Positions 12,958 through 25,051 are shown, counted from the first letter of the stretch. The stretch: 54,044 bases of DNA from Nemertoderma westbladi (GCA_032718475.1 JAUCBJ010002557.1:1-54044); one strand, 5' to 3'. The notes: generated by a model not told the origin, from the letters alone. Numbers and translations: made by a program.

Positions 12958-13527
12958 AATTATAGTTGGCGCGGTGACATTACCAATAATAATGTCACCT
13001 CAGAACCAACTAAGGCGATACACACCGCAAGCCACAGGGAGAGTTGAGAGGTCAAACCACCTCAGAGGGACAAACAGGCTAGCATGGCTAGCACGTGGGG
13101 GTAGTGGCAACAGGGAGTGGCGAGGTGAGAATTAATCAGGTTAAGCCAATGGTGGGTGGGGAAAACACATTGGAAGTGATTAGAGCGCATCTATTGGACA
13201 CTCAGGCCACTCAGTAGTGTACAGTAGAGCTGATTTAGTATGTGTTAATAATAATATAACCGTTGTACTTATTAATTACTGATTCAGTTGGTTCCTATAC
13301 AGTTGTGAGACCGGAACAGTTTTAACCGTCGTCGTCACTACCGTGCTATTATATTCAGACTGTGCTATTATTACGTTCTGTGATTATAAAGACTGACAGT
13401 AAAAACTCAGTTATTTGAACGGCCTTCGGCCTATTTATATACATCCAGACTACAGCTTTAGCAGCCTACGGACGCGGCGACGCGTATAACACACACCGGT
13501 CGGGATTCATTACTGCCAACTATAATT
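12958..13527. mobile_element. ~560-bp unit bounded by short inverted repeats (MITE or solo LTR)
   Basis: AATTATAGTTGGC...GCCAACTATAATT, with an interior richer in GC than the flanks. Confidence 0.4.
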
Positions 13528-14054
13528 AGCTAAATTATTTCGTTGATGTGTTGGACATGATAAATTAAAATTTCAGTATCTATACTATAGGCATAAGGTA
13601 AGTTTTAATATTTTTTACAAATGGCGTCGCCTCTATGCCTAAAATTTAAAATATTATTTCCCGTTGCTCTGTGCGCCTTTGGTTTGGGGTGGTGCAGATT
13701 AAGAGGGGGTTCAAGGGGGGAACTTTCTACTCTTCTTTGATTTATTCTTATTCTGATATTGGCGGTTCGGTTAAATTTCTTAAATACCTATTTTAGGGAC
13801 ATAATTGTTCAATTTTAATCTGTATCTGATAACTGAGCCTCGTGCTGCGCGAAGGCCCCACGAACGTGTTGTATCTTTAGTGGATTATGGTTATTATTTT
13901 TTGTATTTCCTTCAACAAGCGTAGAAAACCTCAAGGTATTGATTGGAAGAGAGTGGATGAGTAAAGGAAGGAATCGATCGCCACCCGAATGTATTTGGGG
14001 TTGGGCAACGCCAGAACAAAAGCACGCTGACTCACAGGTGAGTTGTCAGTTAAC

Positions 14055-14379
14055 TGTTGGAGGTGTCTCATTGGTTCCCCTAAGAATGACACTAGAACAA
14101 AATCGCCTCCGCTTTGCAGGACATTGCTTTCGCCGTGAGGACCAGCCAGTGCATAATCTTGTACTTTGGCAGCCTCATGGAGTGAATAAGCATGGTGGAC
14201 AGCCCATGACTTTCTTGAGACGCATCTTAAAGGACACTGGCCTTGAAGATGCGGATGATCTAGCAAATGTCATGGGTGATATGGAGTTGTGGCGGTGCAA
14301 TTTTGTTGAAAAGCCGGCACAGCATTCCTAAAAATTCAGCTGCAATGCAGCATGCCGATCCTAGTAGTAGTAGTAGTAG
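14055..14379 (+). mobile_element. 5'-truncated LINE 3' end with (TAG)n tail; same family as 52981..53601
   Basis: LEQNRLRFAGHCFRREDQPVHNLVLWQP. 3' UTR GCAATGCAGCATGCCGATCC followed by (TAG)n. Highly similar to the minus-strand copy at 53 kb. Confidence 0.85.
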
Positions 14380-15699
14380 ACTCACAGGTACGAGCAACGC
14401 CAAACAGACCAACAATGGCGGGATACCGAGGGAATTTCGGCGAATATTCATTCATTACACGAGAAGGATAAACCTTTCTATTAATTAAAATATATTTCAT
14501 TTTCTAATAAAATTAAGCATTAAAATCCACTCGGATTTATTTAATAGGTCTCGCACATTAACTGTAAGTTACTAATTTAGATAATATTAACAACAATGTA
14601 TTATTTATTTTTGAGCAGTTCATCTTGCACACGCATTATTTTATTACATGTCATATTTGTTATAATAAGTTTGAATTACGATATAGGCCTAAATTACGGT
14701 ATTTACTTACTTTACGTGGTTAACTGCATCGTGGCCTTCCTTGGAGAAGAAATTGGTATCTGTGCCACTATCGAGGTCAGAGAATGAACTTTCAATGAGG
14801 TTGGCTTTTTCAAAGAAATTGTGTTTATTTTTCCCCTCTCCGTTGAATGTAAAGTGAGATATTTCGAACCCGCCAGCGTCATATAGAACAACCTTTACCT
14901 GAGAAAGATAATTCAGTGGTGAGCGTGAGGTCAATGACTATACTGAAAGTTATTTAAGTAGGCTGTACTAGAACGTGCTTGTGATGATCTCAAAAGGTTT
15001 ATATATTAAAATAATATTAATTTGAGTTTTATATGTTATTATTATAAATGTTATTTAAATGTATTTTGTTTATATACAGTAGTCATGGTGATAATTATTT
15101 TACTTTCATGTTGGCGTGAAATGCGCCGTGAAATAATGTAAACTCTGCTATGGGGGGATAGTTACTTATAAAACCCGAAAATAATGGGAAAAAAACGAAA
15201 TTATTAACGAAAATATCGAAATTATAAAACTTTAAATAAAATCTCGCGATAGGTATTATTAGAAGGCACATTTTACTATTTTTAATTAATAAAATCTGAT
15301 AATTTCGCCCCATTTTCGACCTTAAAAGGTAGTTTAATACCAAATACTGTCTGCTGGTTGGTTGTTGAGTGTTAACCAATGGCGGCTTGGATGATTCAAC
15401 TCAGCATCAACAGATCAGTGTTCTGGTGTATTACAAGCATGGTACAGCCGGAAGGGGTAAAGTTGAAGGAAGCGGTCCGGTCAGCTGGTACCCTAACCCA
15501 GCACTGCATACGCATCACGGCGTACGGTACCTTCGCGTTACAAGTGTACACTGTACGTTCAGTGACTGACAGGCAAGTTGAGAGGCGTGGCGGGTGTGAA
15601 CTGGCTCACAGATATAGACTAGCTTGAAAGTGATACTAAACTTGAGAGAACCGTGGAAGGATCTCATTCCCACTGTCCGAGCTCGCTCAACCGAGTAGT

Positions 15700-15981
15700 T
15701 ATGATTTATTAAATACATTAAATTATACAACATTAAATTATTAGAAGTAATTGAAAACAAATAAATAAGTGAACATGATATTAAAAATATTAATGCATTT
15801 CAAAATCTTCCGAACATCTGGTTTTCAAAAATAATAAAAGTTAAAATGACATTTATTATTTTTGAAAACCAGACGTTCTGAAGATTTTGAAAAGCATTAA
15901 CGTTTTTAACTGGTTTACTTATTTATTTGTTTTTAATTACTGTACTTCCAATAATTTAATGTTTAATATAAATCGTGATTA
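15700..15981. repeat. AT-rich imperfect palindrome (MITE-like), centre ~15845
   Basis: TTTCAAAATCTTCCGAACATCTGGTTTTCAAAAATAATAAA pairs with TTTATTATTTTTGAAAACCAGACGTTCTGAAGATTTTGAAA; the arms extend ~130 bp. Confidence 0.7.
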
Positions 15982-18762
15982 TATTGCCTTTCAACTATTT
16001 AAACCGAAATATAACAAATTGACTCATGTAAACCTATAATTGTATATATACTGTATATTATTAATATGAATTACCCTCTTCACGTTGTGCCAAGTGTTAA
16101 CTCGTTCCGATTTGTAACTCCCCCCAGCGAGTAGATTGGTAGCTGCAGCTCCACATCCTTCTAATCTCTCGCTCTTCCATAAATCCAACACATCCTCATT
16201 GGAACAGGCCCAGACTTTAAAGGCCAATTCATATCCTTAAAAAGCAGTTCAAATTTGTGAAATGTTTAACAATAAAGAAGATATTAGTGCACATACTACT
16301 GTTCTAGTAGGCCAAAGGGTGATTATTTAATTGAGAAGAAAAGTAAGAACTTTTTGTCACTACTCTGAATAAAGTGTTTATAGCATAATGAAAAATATGT
16401 ATAAATAAAGTAATTTTCTATGTTTAGGTCTACTAGAAAACTACTGTTTAATACGTTGGAGCGACGTTGTTTGAAATTACAAGATAATGCTAACAATTTG
16501 AGAAATTCTACCAAAGTATTTCTAACTTTCTCTGAGTTACTTTTCAATCTGGGAAATAAAACATACAATCCTTTCATTTTTTCTAAGAAAAAATGAATCA
16601 TCTCCCCCGCCCAGATTTCACAGTATATTCGGAATAGAAAGTGATATTTAATGCGTTACATATTAAATTTTGCTAAATGAAACAATATAACGAACGTACC
16701 CGGATCCACGCAAGAGTTCTCGCACGCAGAGGAAACTCCAACAATAACAAGTGCGATTGAAAAACCGCGTAGAAACATCATTGTATTTGTTTATTTCTTT
16801 CTTTCTTGATATTTTATTGGCTCTGAAAAAAAATATATTAATAATCATTATTGATGAGTGAAAAAATATTATTTATTCTTTTTATAGTAAAAAATCACAA
16901 AAAATATTAATTGAGAAAGAAATTATATTGGACTACGCAAATGATAGGCCTATACGGTTGATGAAGGACTGAGAAACTTAGGGATTGTAACAGTTACCAT
17001 AAAAGTGACTGTAAGTTTCCTTAATTACCGTAGATTACGAAACCCTCTGACATTATTAAGAGTTACGAATGTTACTGTAGTTTATGTACTACTTCTTACC
17101 TTTTACTTGAAAAGTTTCTGACGTTTCTTTAGCGCTTAAAATAAATATAGTGTGTCATGTGTGGCTTCCTAAATACCATATTCTATGCCATGGGCAACAT
17201 TTTAATCAATAAGGATTATTAAATAGTTATGTTTTTTTTCTTATAATAATTATGGCCATCTGGAAAACAAAACGTTGAGAAAAATCAATCAATGATATTT
17301 CTATAGAGCGTAGTCCTTCCGATGATGCGAGGAAAACCATGTTGAGATATGAACACGTGTGAGATGACCTCCTAAATAGCATTACATGGGTCATATTGCC
17401 TAGGGTAATTACGAAAAGGACGAGGCAATTTTTACAACATTTTGTTTTTCCGTAATTAAATGAGAATTATTATTAATTGTACTTGTTATCTACCAACGGC
17501 GATTGCCCTTATAACTATTTACTTCAAAACTAAATGCATATCGTTTATGGGTGGAATTACATAAGTTAGATTCTAGTTATTTAATTTTAGTCCCTTGACA
17601 TTCAGCCTATCGCCAATCCAACCTTTACTTAATATCAAGAAATAAGTCGCTAAGGTAGTACTGTGTAGTTAATTAAATTTTAATAAGTTAAGCAGGCATA
17701 ATCAGTCGTTTTTCATAATGAGACAGAAGTAAAGGTAAGGTAAGGTAAGTCGAGCTAAAGCCATGGCGAATATGAGAGGGGGGATTGTAGGTTCGGTTCT
17801 GCTGAGATGGACAATAAACTCTTTCTTTGACGAGTGAGAATAATAAATTCTGGTGAAGCAGATCATGGCAAATCTGAAGTCGGGCGTCAATAGCTGATTT
17901 CAGCATGTTTATAACTGTTTACCTAACCGATTCACAGCTATAAATTCGCCGTCATCACACCTGCATTAAATACTTTCCGTTTCAACCGTTTTAACCGGCT
18001 TCTTTACTACTAACCTGCCTGTGGTGTAGGGTGTAAGTGTGGGCGCAGCGTTTACCCCCAACACCCAAACAAGGCGCCCCCCAAACAAAGTTATTCAGTT
18101 CCACTGCCACAATTTACCTGAGAACAAAGTAACGAAAAGAGTTTTGGATTTGGATGATGGATTGGATTTGCAAATAATGGTCACTAACCAAGAGAAAGCA
18201 ACAAAACTGACAGTCCTAACCATTAGGCCTATTTCTGTATTTATGTCAGTTTATGACTCATACACACCATACACTCCCATACAGCCATAGAATATAGAAA
18301 TCAACAGCAAGATAAGAAATTCTGAGAACACTTTATTGTACTGTTGTAATGACGTCAAATCTGTAGCAGCCACTCCCAGCCGATTTTCAAAATTGACTTC
18401 CCACGCTTACTTAAACCCGCCATTTCGACCGGTTCCACGTGTCTTTACAAAAAAGACACCCCCGGCCCCGCCACTCGATTCAGACAGTCAGAGCAACTTG
18501 TTATCCCTTATTCGATTGTTTTAGCCCAACAATTTTTTCGCGCACCAACCATTGCTGTATTGGGCAGTTGGGACTAGCAGTTGGCTGCACGGCTGGCGGC
18601 ATGTCTTATAGTACAGTGTAGCAGGCATTGGTGTCACACTGTCAGAATCATACCGGTACTACAGTATGTAATAATACCAGAGATAAGCTTAGTATTATAC
18701 AGTTATAGCAATAGCATACTGGCATAGTAGGCCTATATGATTAAGTCCTGGAATAGTGGAAT

Positions 18763-21114
18763 ATGAATAATTGTGATTGGTTACCGTTTCTTGAACGCCT
18801 TGTTCCAAAGACATACATCGTACAAGGTCAGCAAGGAATCCAATCTAAACATAACCTAATTCGTGTTCTCCTGGAACACCGTAAAATTCCTATTCATGGG
18901 TGGGACGACGCCACCATAGAGTTGCTACTCAATGAGTTGGCTGCCATGGATACCAACAACTTCCCTGGCAACGTCGGTGCCGGCGAAAGGGAGGGACGTG
19001 TATACTCCGGTCTGGTCGAACGACGTCACTTCCGGTTTGCACACGGTATCGGAAGATCCGGCGATATATCAGCAGTCCAACCCAAAGCGGCGGGATCCAG
19101 CCTCCTCAATAAACTCGCTAACAATCTTGTTCTCGACGCGATCAAACTATCCGGTATCAACTCCCTAACGGATTGCGTAATCGTCCCGGTGGCTACGGGA
19201 ATGGCGCTTACCATTTGTTTACTGGCCCTGAAAAATCAAAAACCAACAGCGAAATACGTGATTTGGCCTCGAATTGACCAGAAATCCTGTTACAAATGTA
19301 TTACTGCGGCCGGACTGGTACCGGTTGTTGTTGAAAACAAACTTGTTGGAGACGAATTAACTAGCGACGTCTCGGAGATTGAGACTCAACTCTCTGAGAT
19401 TAATCCGTCGTTAGTCCTCTGCGTTCTCTCGACTACGTCCTGCTTCGCTCCTCGCGTGCCAGACCGATTAGACCTGATCGGATCTATTTGCCGACGTTTC
19501 GGTGTGTTTCATCTGGTAAACAACGCCTACGGCCTCCAAAACTCGAAATGCTGCCACCTTGTCGATGAGGCTTCCCGTAAAGGCCTCCTCGACTTAGTAG
19601 TTCAGAGTACAGATAAGAATTTTATGGTACCTGTTGGGGGGGCAATAATAGCCTCTCCTAAATCTGAGTTAATCTCTTTAGTTAGTAAAACATACCCGGG
19701 CCGGGCCAGTGCCACACCGATTATAGATATTTTTATCACTCTTTTATCGATGGGCAGAGATGGTTATCGTGAATTATTGCGTAGCCGGAAAGAAGTTTAT
19801 ATTTATTTGAAGTGTGAGCTGACCTCGTTGGCGGCGCAGTTTGGTTTGCGAGTCCTGGAGACTCCACACAACGGAATATCTATAGCTATCACGCTTTCTG
19901 GTCGTGTCGGTCAGGCCGCTATACAATCCGCCACACAACCGACAGACCAGTCCGCCACACAACCGACAGACCAGTCCGCCACACAACCGACAGACCAGTC
20001 CGCCACACAACCGACAGACCAGTCCGCCACACAACCGACAGACCAGTCCGCCACACAACCGACAGACCAGTCTGCCACACAACCGACAGACCAGTCAGCC
20101 ACACAACCGACAAACCAGTCCGCCACACAACCGACAGACCAGTCCGCCACACAACCGACAGACCAGTCCGCCACACAACCGACAGACCAGTCCGCCACAC
20201 AACCGACAGACCAGTCAGCCACACAACCGACAAACCAGTCCGCCACCCAACCGGCAGACCAGTCCGCCACACAACCGACAGACCAGTCCGCCACACAACC
20301 GACAGAGCAGTCCGCCACTCAACCGACAGAGCAGTCCGCCACCCAACCGACAGACCAGTCAGCCACACAACCGACAAACCAGTCCGCCACCCAACCGGCA
20401 GACCAGTCCGCCACACAACCGACAGACCAGTCCGCCACACAACCGACAAACCAGTCCGCCACACAACCGACAGACCAGTCCGCCACACAACCGACAGACC
20501 AGTCCGCCACACAACCGACAGACCAGTCAGCCACACAACCGACAAACCAGTCCGCCACCCAACCGGCAGACCAGTCCGCCACACAACCGACAGACCAGTC
20601 CGCCACACAACCGACAGACCAGTCCGCCACACAACCGACAGACCAGTCAGCCACACAACCGACAAACCAGTCCGCCACCCAACCGGCAGACCAGTCCGCC
20701 ACACAACCGACAGACCAGTCCGCCACCCAACCGACAGAGCAGTCCGCCACACAACCGACAGACCAGTCCGCCACCCAACCGACAGACCAGTCCGCCACAA
20801 AACCAGCAGACCAGTCCGCCACCCAACCAGCCGAACAGAACGCCACTACCCAGGCGGCTCACTCAGCCACCCAGTTGGGTTCCATGTTATTTCATCGTAA
20901 TGTATCTGGCAGTCGCGTCGTGGACTCAGTTCACCAACCTCAAGTCATTGGTGGTCACAAATTTATTAATTTTAGTTCCCATAGCAACAGTTACCCGAAT
21001 CTTCCTTATCTAACCTTCGCCGCCGCTGTCGGTATGACTAAGGTTGACGTTGACTGTATCATTAAGCGACTCACAAAGTGTTTACAGTCCATGTATCAGA
21101 CAGGTATGAATTAA
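18763..21114 (+). CDS. SEPSECS: O-phosphoseryl-tRNA(Sec) selenium transferase (SepSecS/SLA-LP), with a ~310-aa repeat insertion
   Basis: MDTNNF..GEREGR, HGIGRSGDISAVQPKAAGSS, WPRIDQKSC, PLP-lysine motif VQSTDKNFMVPVGG, YPGRAS and TQLGSMLF match the family end to end. AATAAA at 21200. Confidence 0.97.
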   Translation: MNNCDWLPFLERLVPKTYIVQGQQGIQSKHNLIRVLLEHRKIPIHGWDDATIELLLNELAAMDTNNFPGNVGAGEREGRVYSGLVERRHFRFAHGIGRSGDISAVQPKAAGSSLLNKLANNLVLDAIKLSGINSLTDCVIVPVATGMALTICLLALKNQKPTAKYVIWPRIDQKSCYKCITAAGLVPVVVENKLVGDELTSDVSEIETQLSEINPSLVLCVLSTTSCFAPRVPDRLDLIGSICRRFGVFHLVNNAYGLQNSKCCHLVDEASRKGLLDLVVQSTDKNFMVPVGGAIIASPKSELISLVSKTYPGRASATPIIDIFITLLSMGRDGYRELLRSRKEVYIYLKCELTSLAAQFGLRVLETPHNGISIAITLSGRVGQAAIQSATQPTDQSATQPTDQSATQPTDQSATQPTDQSATQPTDQSATQPTDQSATQPTDQSATQPTNQSATQPTDQSATQPTDQSATQPTDQSATQPTDQSATQPTNQSATQPADQSATQPTDQSATQPTEQSATQPTEQSATQPTDQSATQPTNQSATQPADQSATQPTDQSATQPTNQSATQPTDQSATQPTDQSATQPTDQSATQPTNQSATQPADQSATQPTDQSATQPTDQSATQPTDQSATQPTNQSATQPADQSATQPTDQSATQPTEQSATQPTDQSATQPTDQSATKPADQSATQPAEQNATTQAAHSATQLGSMLFHRNVSGSRVVDSVHQPQVIGGHKFINFSSHSNSYPNLPYLTFAAAVGMTKVDVDCIIKRLTKCLQSMYQTGMN
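19924..20838 (+). repeat. 24-bp coding minisatellite, ~38 units (QSATQPTD)
   Basis: Unit CAGTCCGCCACACAACCGACAGAC with N/A/E variants, in frame within SepSecS. Confidence 0.97.
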
Positions 21115-21504
21115 TGACAATAGTAGGCCGTCATTGATATTTGATTTATGCCAGCCTTTAGCCTATATTCCTATTATACTTACTTGTTAAGTTCAAGGCA
21201 ATAAATTTGTTGTGCAGGATTTGGGAACTGTTACTTGATGATGGCTTGAAATGACTTAATATTTGTGTGTTTATTTACTTTTATTTGTCCCTTTAGACTT
21301 TATGTCCCTTTGTGATTCTTGTGTAATTTAACTTCTTAGACTCATGGCTTGGGTAATGAATGGTATCATGTATTTTTAAAGTTCTTTAAAATGATAATGT
21401 CTAATGGTTTTGGAATTCTAATATGTAATATTATTTTTTTTAATTAATTATTTTTTCCTACCTATAATAACTGTGCCAGTATTTTAGATATGATATTCAT
21501 GGTT

Positions 21505-21975
21505 GAATTAATAATAAATTATAATAATAACGCCCATGTTAAGAATACCAGGTCGAGTGAACTCGGTCAGTGGAAATGAGATTCTTCCAGGCTTCCCGAA
21601 TCGCCATAGCTGTCACAATTTCGTTTCTCCCAAGTCCAGTATCCCTTTCAAGCTGGTCTATATATGTCATAGCCAGTCGTCCACGGCCACGCTTTCCTTG
21701 TGTTGGTTGCCAGAAAAGTAGATATGTTATGAACCTCGTCTTTCGACTTTACTTCTCCAGCAGAACCCATTGAATCTTAATCTGTGTTCACGGAGGGTGG
21801 TTGATACAGGTGGTATTGTACCATAAAGCTCGGCGTTTGTATATGGCATTCTTTTTTTTCGCAAGGGGGCTGATCCAACGATAGTTTGTTGGTATACCGA
21901 ATTCTCCTTTCTTGGGAAGATGCTTTATTGGTGGTGGCTTTTCCCCTTTCAACATCTCGTTGCAAGCATCCAAAA
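21505..21975 (-). mobile_element. Internally deleted RTE-like LINE copy with 3' end; same family as 1..1470
   Basis: Reverse complement matches ~905..1025 (GEKPP..LPKKG..IPTNYR) and ~1357..1465. Ends in a (TTA)n-like tail. Confidence 0.8.
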
Positions 21976-22668
21976 TGGTTTGTTTAGCTCTCCTTTTTCC
22001 ATACCTCTACAGGAATTTCATAAAATCAACTCGCTTTATGACGCTCTGGAGTTCGGCAAATTTATCCTTATCAAGTGTTTTTTATAGCGCGTAGTTCTTT
22101 CTTATAACATGCACAGATCTAAATTGTGTATTGTTTTGGTTAGATTCAGCCATTTTATAACCTGGGTTTTTTTTTTATGAAAACCTGGTATTCATCACAT
22201 TGGGTAAACTTCAAAGTGAAATGTTACACCAGAAAGTCATATATACTCCATCCACAAGGGCCAATAAAAAAGATTGATTTCATTAATATTCATAAATCAG
22301 CTAAATAATTAAGCATTTCAGAACTCCGATAAGTTGATATAATAATGTAACAAAATTAAGCACCCCATTTGTCATTGTGTAAAAATGGCACTATTCACTA
22401 TTCAGCGTTTATTTTATGACCCGTGTATATTTATGTAAACTACTCCGGTCATAACGCTTAATATGAAAACAATAAAATAGGACATGGGGTCTTATTCCCT
22501 CAGATACTACCTAGCATTTAGGGCCACTTGGGCCACTGTTAGTACTCAGACACTAAGGCCCATCAAAAAAACAAAATACCAAATCGATTTTAGTGCTACA
22601 TAACCCAACCCAACTATACGGTGGCTGAAAGCGGCCAAACAATATTAATTAAGCGTTTTTTTTTAATT

Positions 22669-23254
22669 TCAACCCGGGTTGAAAATAATATCAACCCGGG
22701 TTGAAAATAATATCAACCCGGGTTGAAAATAATATCAACCCGGGTTGAAAATAATATCAATAATATCAACCCGGGTTGAAAATAATATCAACCCGGGTTG
22801 AAAATAATATCAACCCGGGTTGAAAATAATATCAACCCGGGTTGAAACTAATATCAACCCGGGTTGAAAATAATATCAACCCGGGTTGAAACTAATATCA
22901 ACCCGGGTTGAAAATAATATCAACCCGGGTTGAAAATAATATCAACCCGGGTTGAAAATAATATCAACCCGGGTTGAAAATAATATCAATAATATCAACC
23001 CGGGTTGAAAATAATATCAACCCGGGTTGAAAATAATATCAACCCGGGTTGAAACTAATATCAACCCGGGTTGAAAATAATATCAACCCGGGTTGAAAAT
23101 AATATCAACCCGGGTTGAAAATAATATCAACCCGGGTTGAAAATAATATCAACCCGGGTTGAAAATAATATCAACCCGGGTTGAAAATAATATCAACCCG
23201 GGTTGAAAATAATATCAACCCGGGTTGAAAATAATATCAACCCGGGTTGAAAAT
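22669..23254. repeat. Left TIR array: 26 copies of the 22-bp unit TCAACCCGGGTTGAAAATAATA
   Basis: Counted by eye. Each unit holds the perfect 14-bp palindrome TCAACCCGGGTTGA. Confidence 0.95.
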
Positions 23255-23330
23255 ACTTGCATATGACCAATGACAATTCGTTCTATATAAATGGGAAAGC
23301 GGGAAATATAAATGTAAATATATATGTATC
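23255..23330 (+). promoter_or_regulatory. Putative promoter of the transposase (CCAAT, TATA-like and E2F-like motifs)
   Basis: GACCAATG at ~23265, TATATAA at ~23284, GCGGGAAA at 23299..23306, then TATAAA. Mirrored at 28530..28620. Confidence 0.5.
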
Positions 23331-23418
23331 GCTATACTTCTGTTTACTCCAGTTGTTTGCAGTAGGCCTACAGCAAACATTAGTCCTTTTCGTACGCAGT
23401 AGGCCAGCCTAATAAATA

Positions 23419-24898
23419 ATGTCTGTTAATGAATTACTTACTCAATACTACTGGCAAGGATTTACTCACAGAGAAATTCAGCTGCTATTTAAAGAAACTC
23501 ATGGAGTGTTTATTTCCGCGAGGACAGTTAGGCGGTTGATGTCCAACTTACAATTGAAAAGGCAATTTAATCCCTCCGAGTTTGGAAGCGTTATTGAAGC
23601 GCTCAAATATGAATTGGTGAAGAATAGGGAAGTCACGCAATCACCCAGTCCTGTTGGTTACAGACAAATGCAGAAGATTCTAATGTATGAGTACAAACAT
23701 TACGTACCTCGAAAGTTGGTGGCTCACCTGTTGCGCATTCTAGATCCAGAAGGTCGACAATGTAGAATACGTCATAGACTCGTACGCCGAACATACATTT
23801 CCAAAGGGCCAAATTTCTTAATACACATAGATGGGTGGGATAAACTCAAGCCGTTTTCATTAACAGTTCATGGCGCGATAGGTGAGAGTATTTCTTGATG
23901 GTCCGAGATAGATAAAATTGTGCGTGCACTCAGCACGTTTTTGCACCATGCACTGTTTCAACTTAGGAAATAACCGTTTACCGTATTTACCGTTTGGTCA
24001 GTAGTTAGCGCGCTGGCGCGTTAGCGCGTGTCCTAATATTCCCATTTTCTGTAACCTGTCCCTTCTGTAACCGGGCCCGCCCGTCGAAGGATACATGTGA
24101 TGCTGTATCTAATTAACTTTCACTTTCAATTCAGTCACTTATTATTCACACAGAAATACTCTCACCTGGGTGATAGATGGTTTTAGCAGAAAACTATTGT
24201 GGCTAAAATGTGGAAAGTCAAATAATGATCCTTTTGTAGTCGCTGGTTATTATTTGGAACTTATTGAGGCATTAGGAGGTGTACCACACATAGTTAGGTC
24301 GGACCGAGGAACGGAAAATGTAAATATCGAAATTATCCAACGGACACTAAGGTTGTCTCAAACAGATAGCTATGCAATGAGAGGTTTAACGTATATATAC
24401 GGTAAATCTACGAGGAACCAAAGGATCGAGGCATTCTGGTCGAAGATTCCAGTGTTAGGACTATCACAGTGGATAGAACATTTTAGAAACTTAGAGATGG
24501 AGTTATTGGATACTTCAAACGTATTGCATATTGAACTTGTTCGCTACGTATATCTTCCATATCTCCAAAAAACGTTGGATCTTATAAAACTCCACCACAA
24601 TACGCACAGACTTCGTCGGTGTGGATCGCTGTCACCTGGAGGAAAACCGAACATTTTATATTTGCAAAGTCCGAACTACCTTCACACTGTAGAAAGAGAT
24701 TCTATAGAAACATTGAAAGCGTTTGGATGCACGTTGCCGGCATGCATGCCAGAGATTTCGACTCTCTGCGAGGGATATCTCCAGGAAGGACAGCATCTGC
24801 TGGTGATTCCTCCACATTTATGTGGGTCATTACGCGACTGTAAAAAAACGTTTAAGTTTTTAATACGAAACATGAGCAATGATTTACTAAGGTTATGA
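23419..24898 (+). CDS. DDE transposase/integrase (IS3/IS481-like fold), 394 aa, join(23419..23881,24177..24898)
   Basis: N-terminal HTH-like region, GYRQM, LDPEG. Catalytic IHIDGWDKL, RSDRGTEN and NQRIEAFW. A GT-AG intron (G|gtgaga...tgatag|AT) restores HGAIDGFSR. AATAAA at 24941. Confidence 0.9.
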
Positions 24899-25051
24899 TG
24901 ACTATCACTTCTATTATTATTCACTCATTCTATAACTCATAATAAACTATAACTATATATAACTCTATAATTCATTCACAGTTAAATTCTGAATGATTAG
25001 AAAAGTACAGTTACAATTTCTACAATTTAAAAGCGTATACGAACTAGAGTA

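Noticed and set aside
15095-18620. Short ORFs upstream of SepSecS as a divergent gene
   Set aside because: No recognisable domain or consistent exon chain. 17730..17800 looks like a (TTACC)n-tailed repeat end on the minus strand.
19904-21013. Long alternative-frame and antisense ORFs (369, 293, 175, 135 aa) over the SepSecS repeat
   Set aside because: They are by-products of a 24-bp unit lacking stop codons, with no independent domain content.
22669-23254. Palindromic repeat array resembling a CRISPR array
   Set aside because: Units are contiguous with no unique spacers, there are no cas genes, and the array is mirrored at 28621..28976 as part of a TIR in a eukaryotic context.
24170-24898. 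Independent 242-aa gene starting at GTG 24170
   Set aside because: It is exon 2 of the transposase. The AG at 24175..24176 restores the conserved HGAIDGFSR motif.
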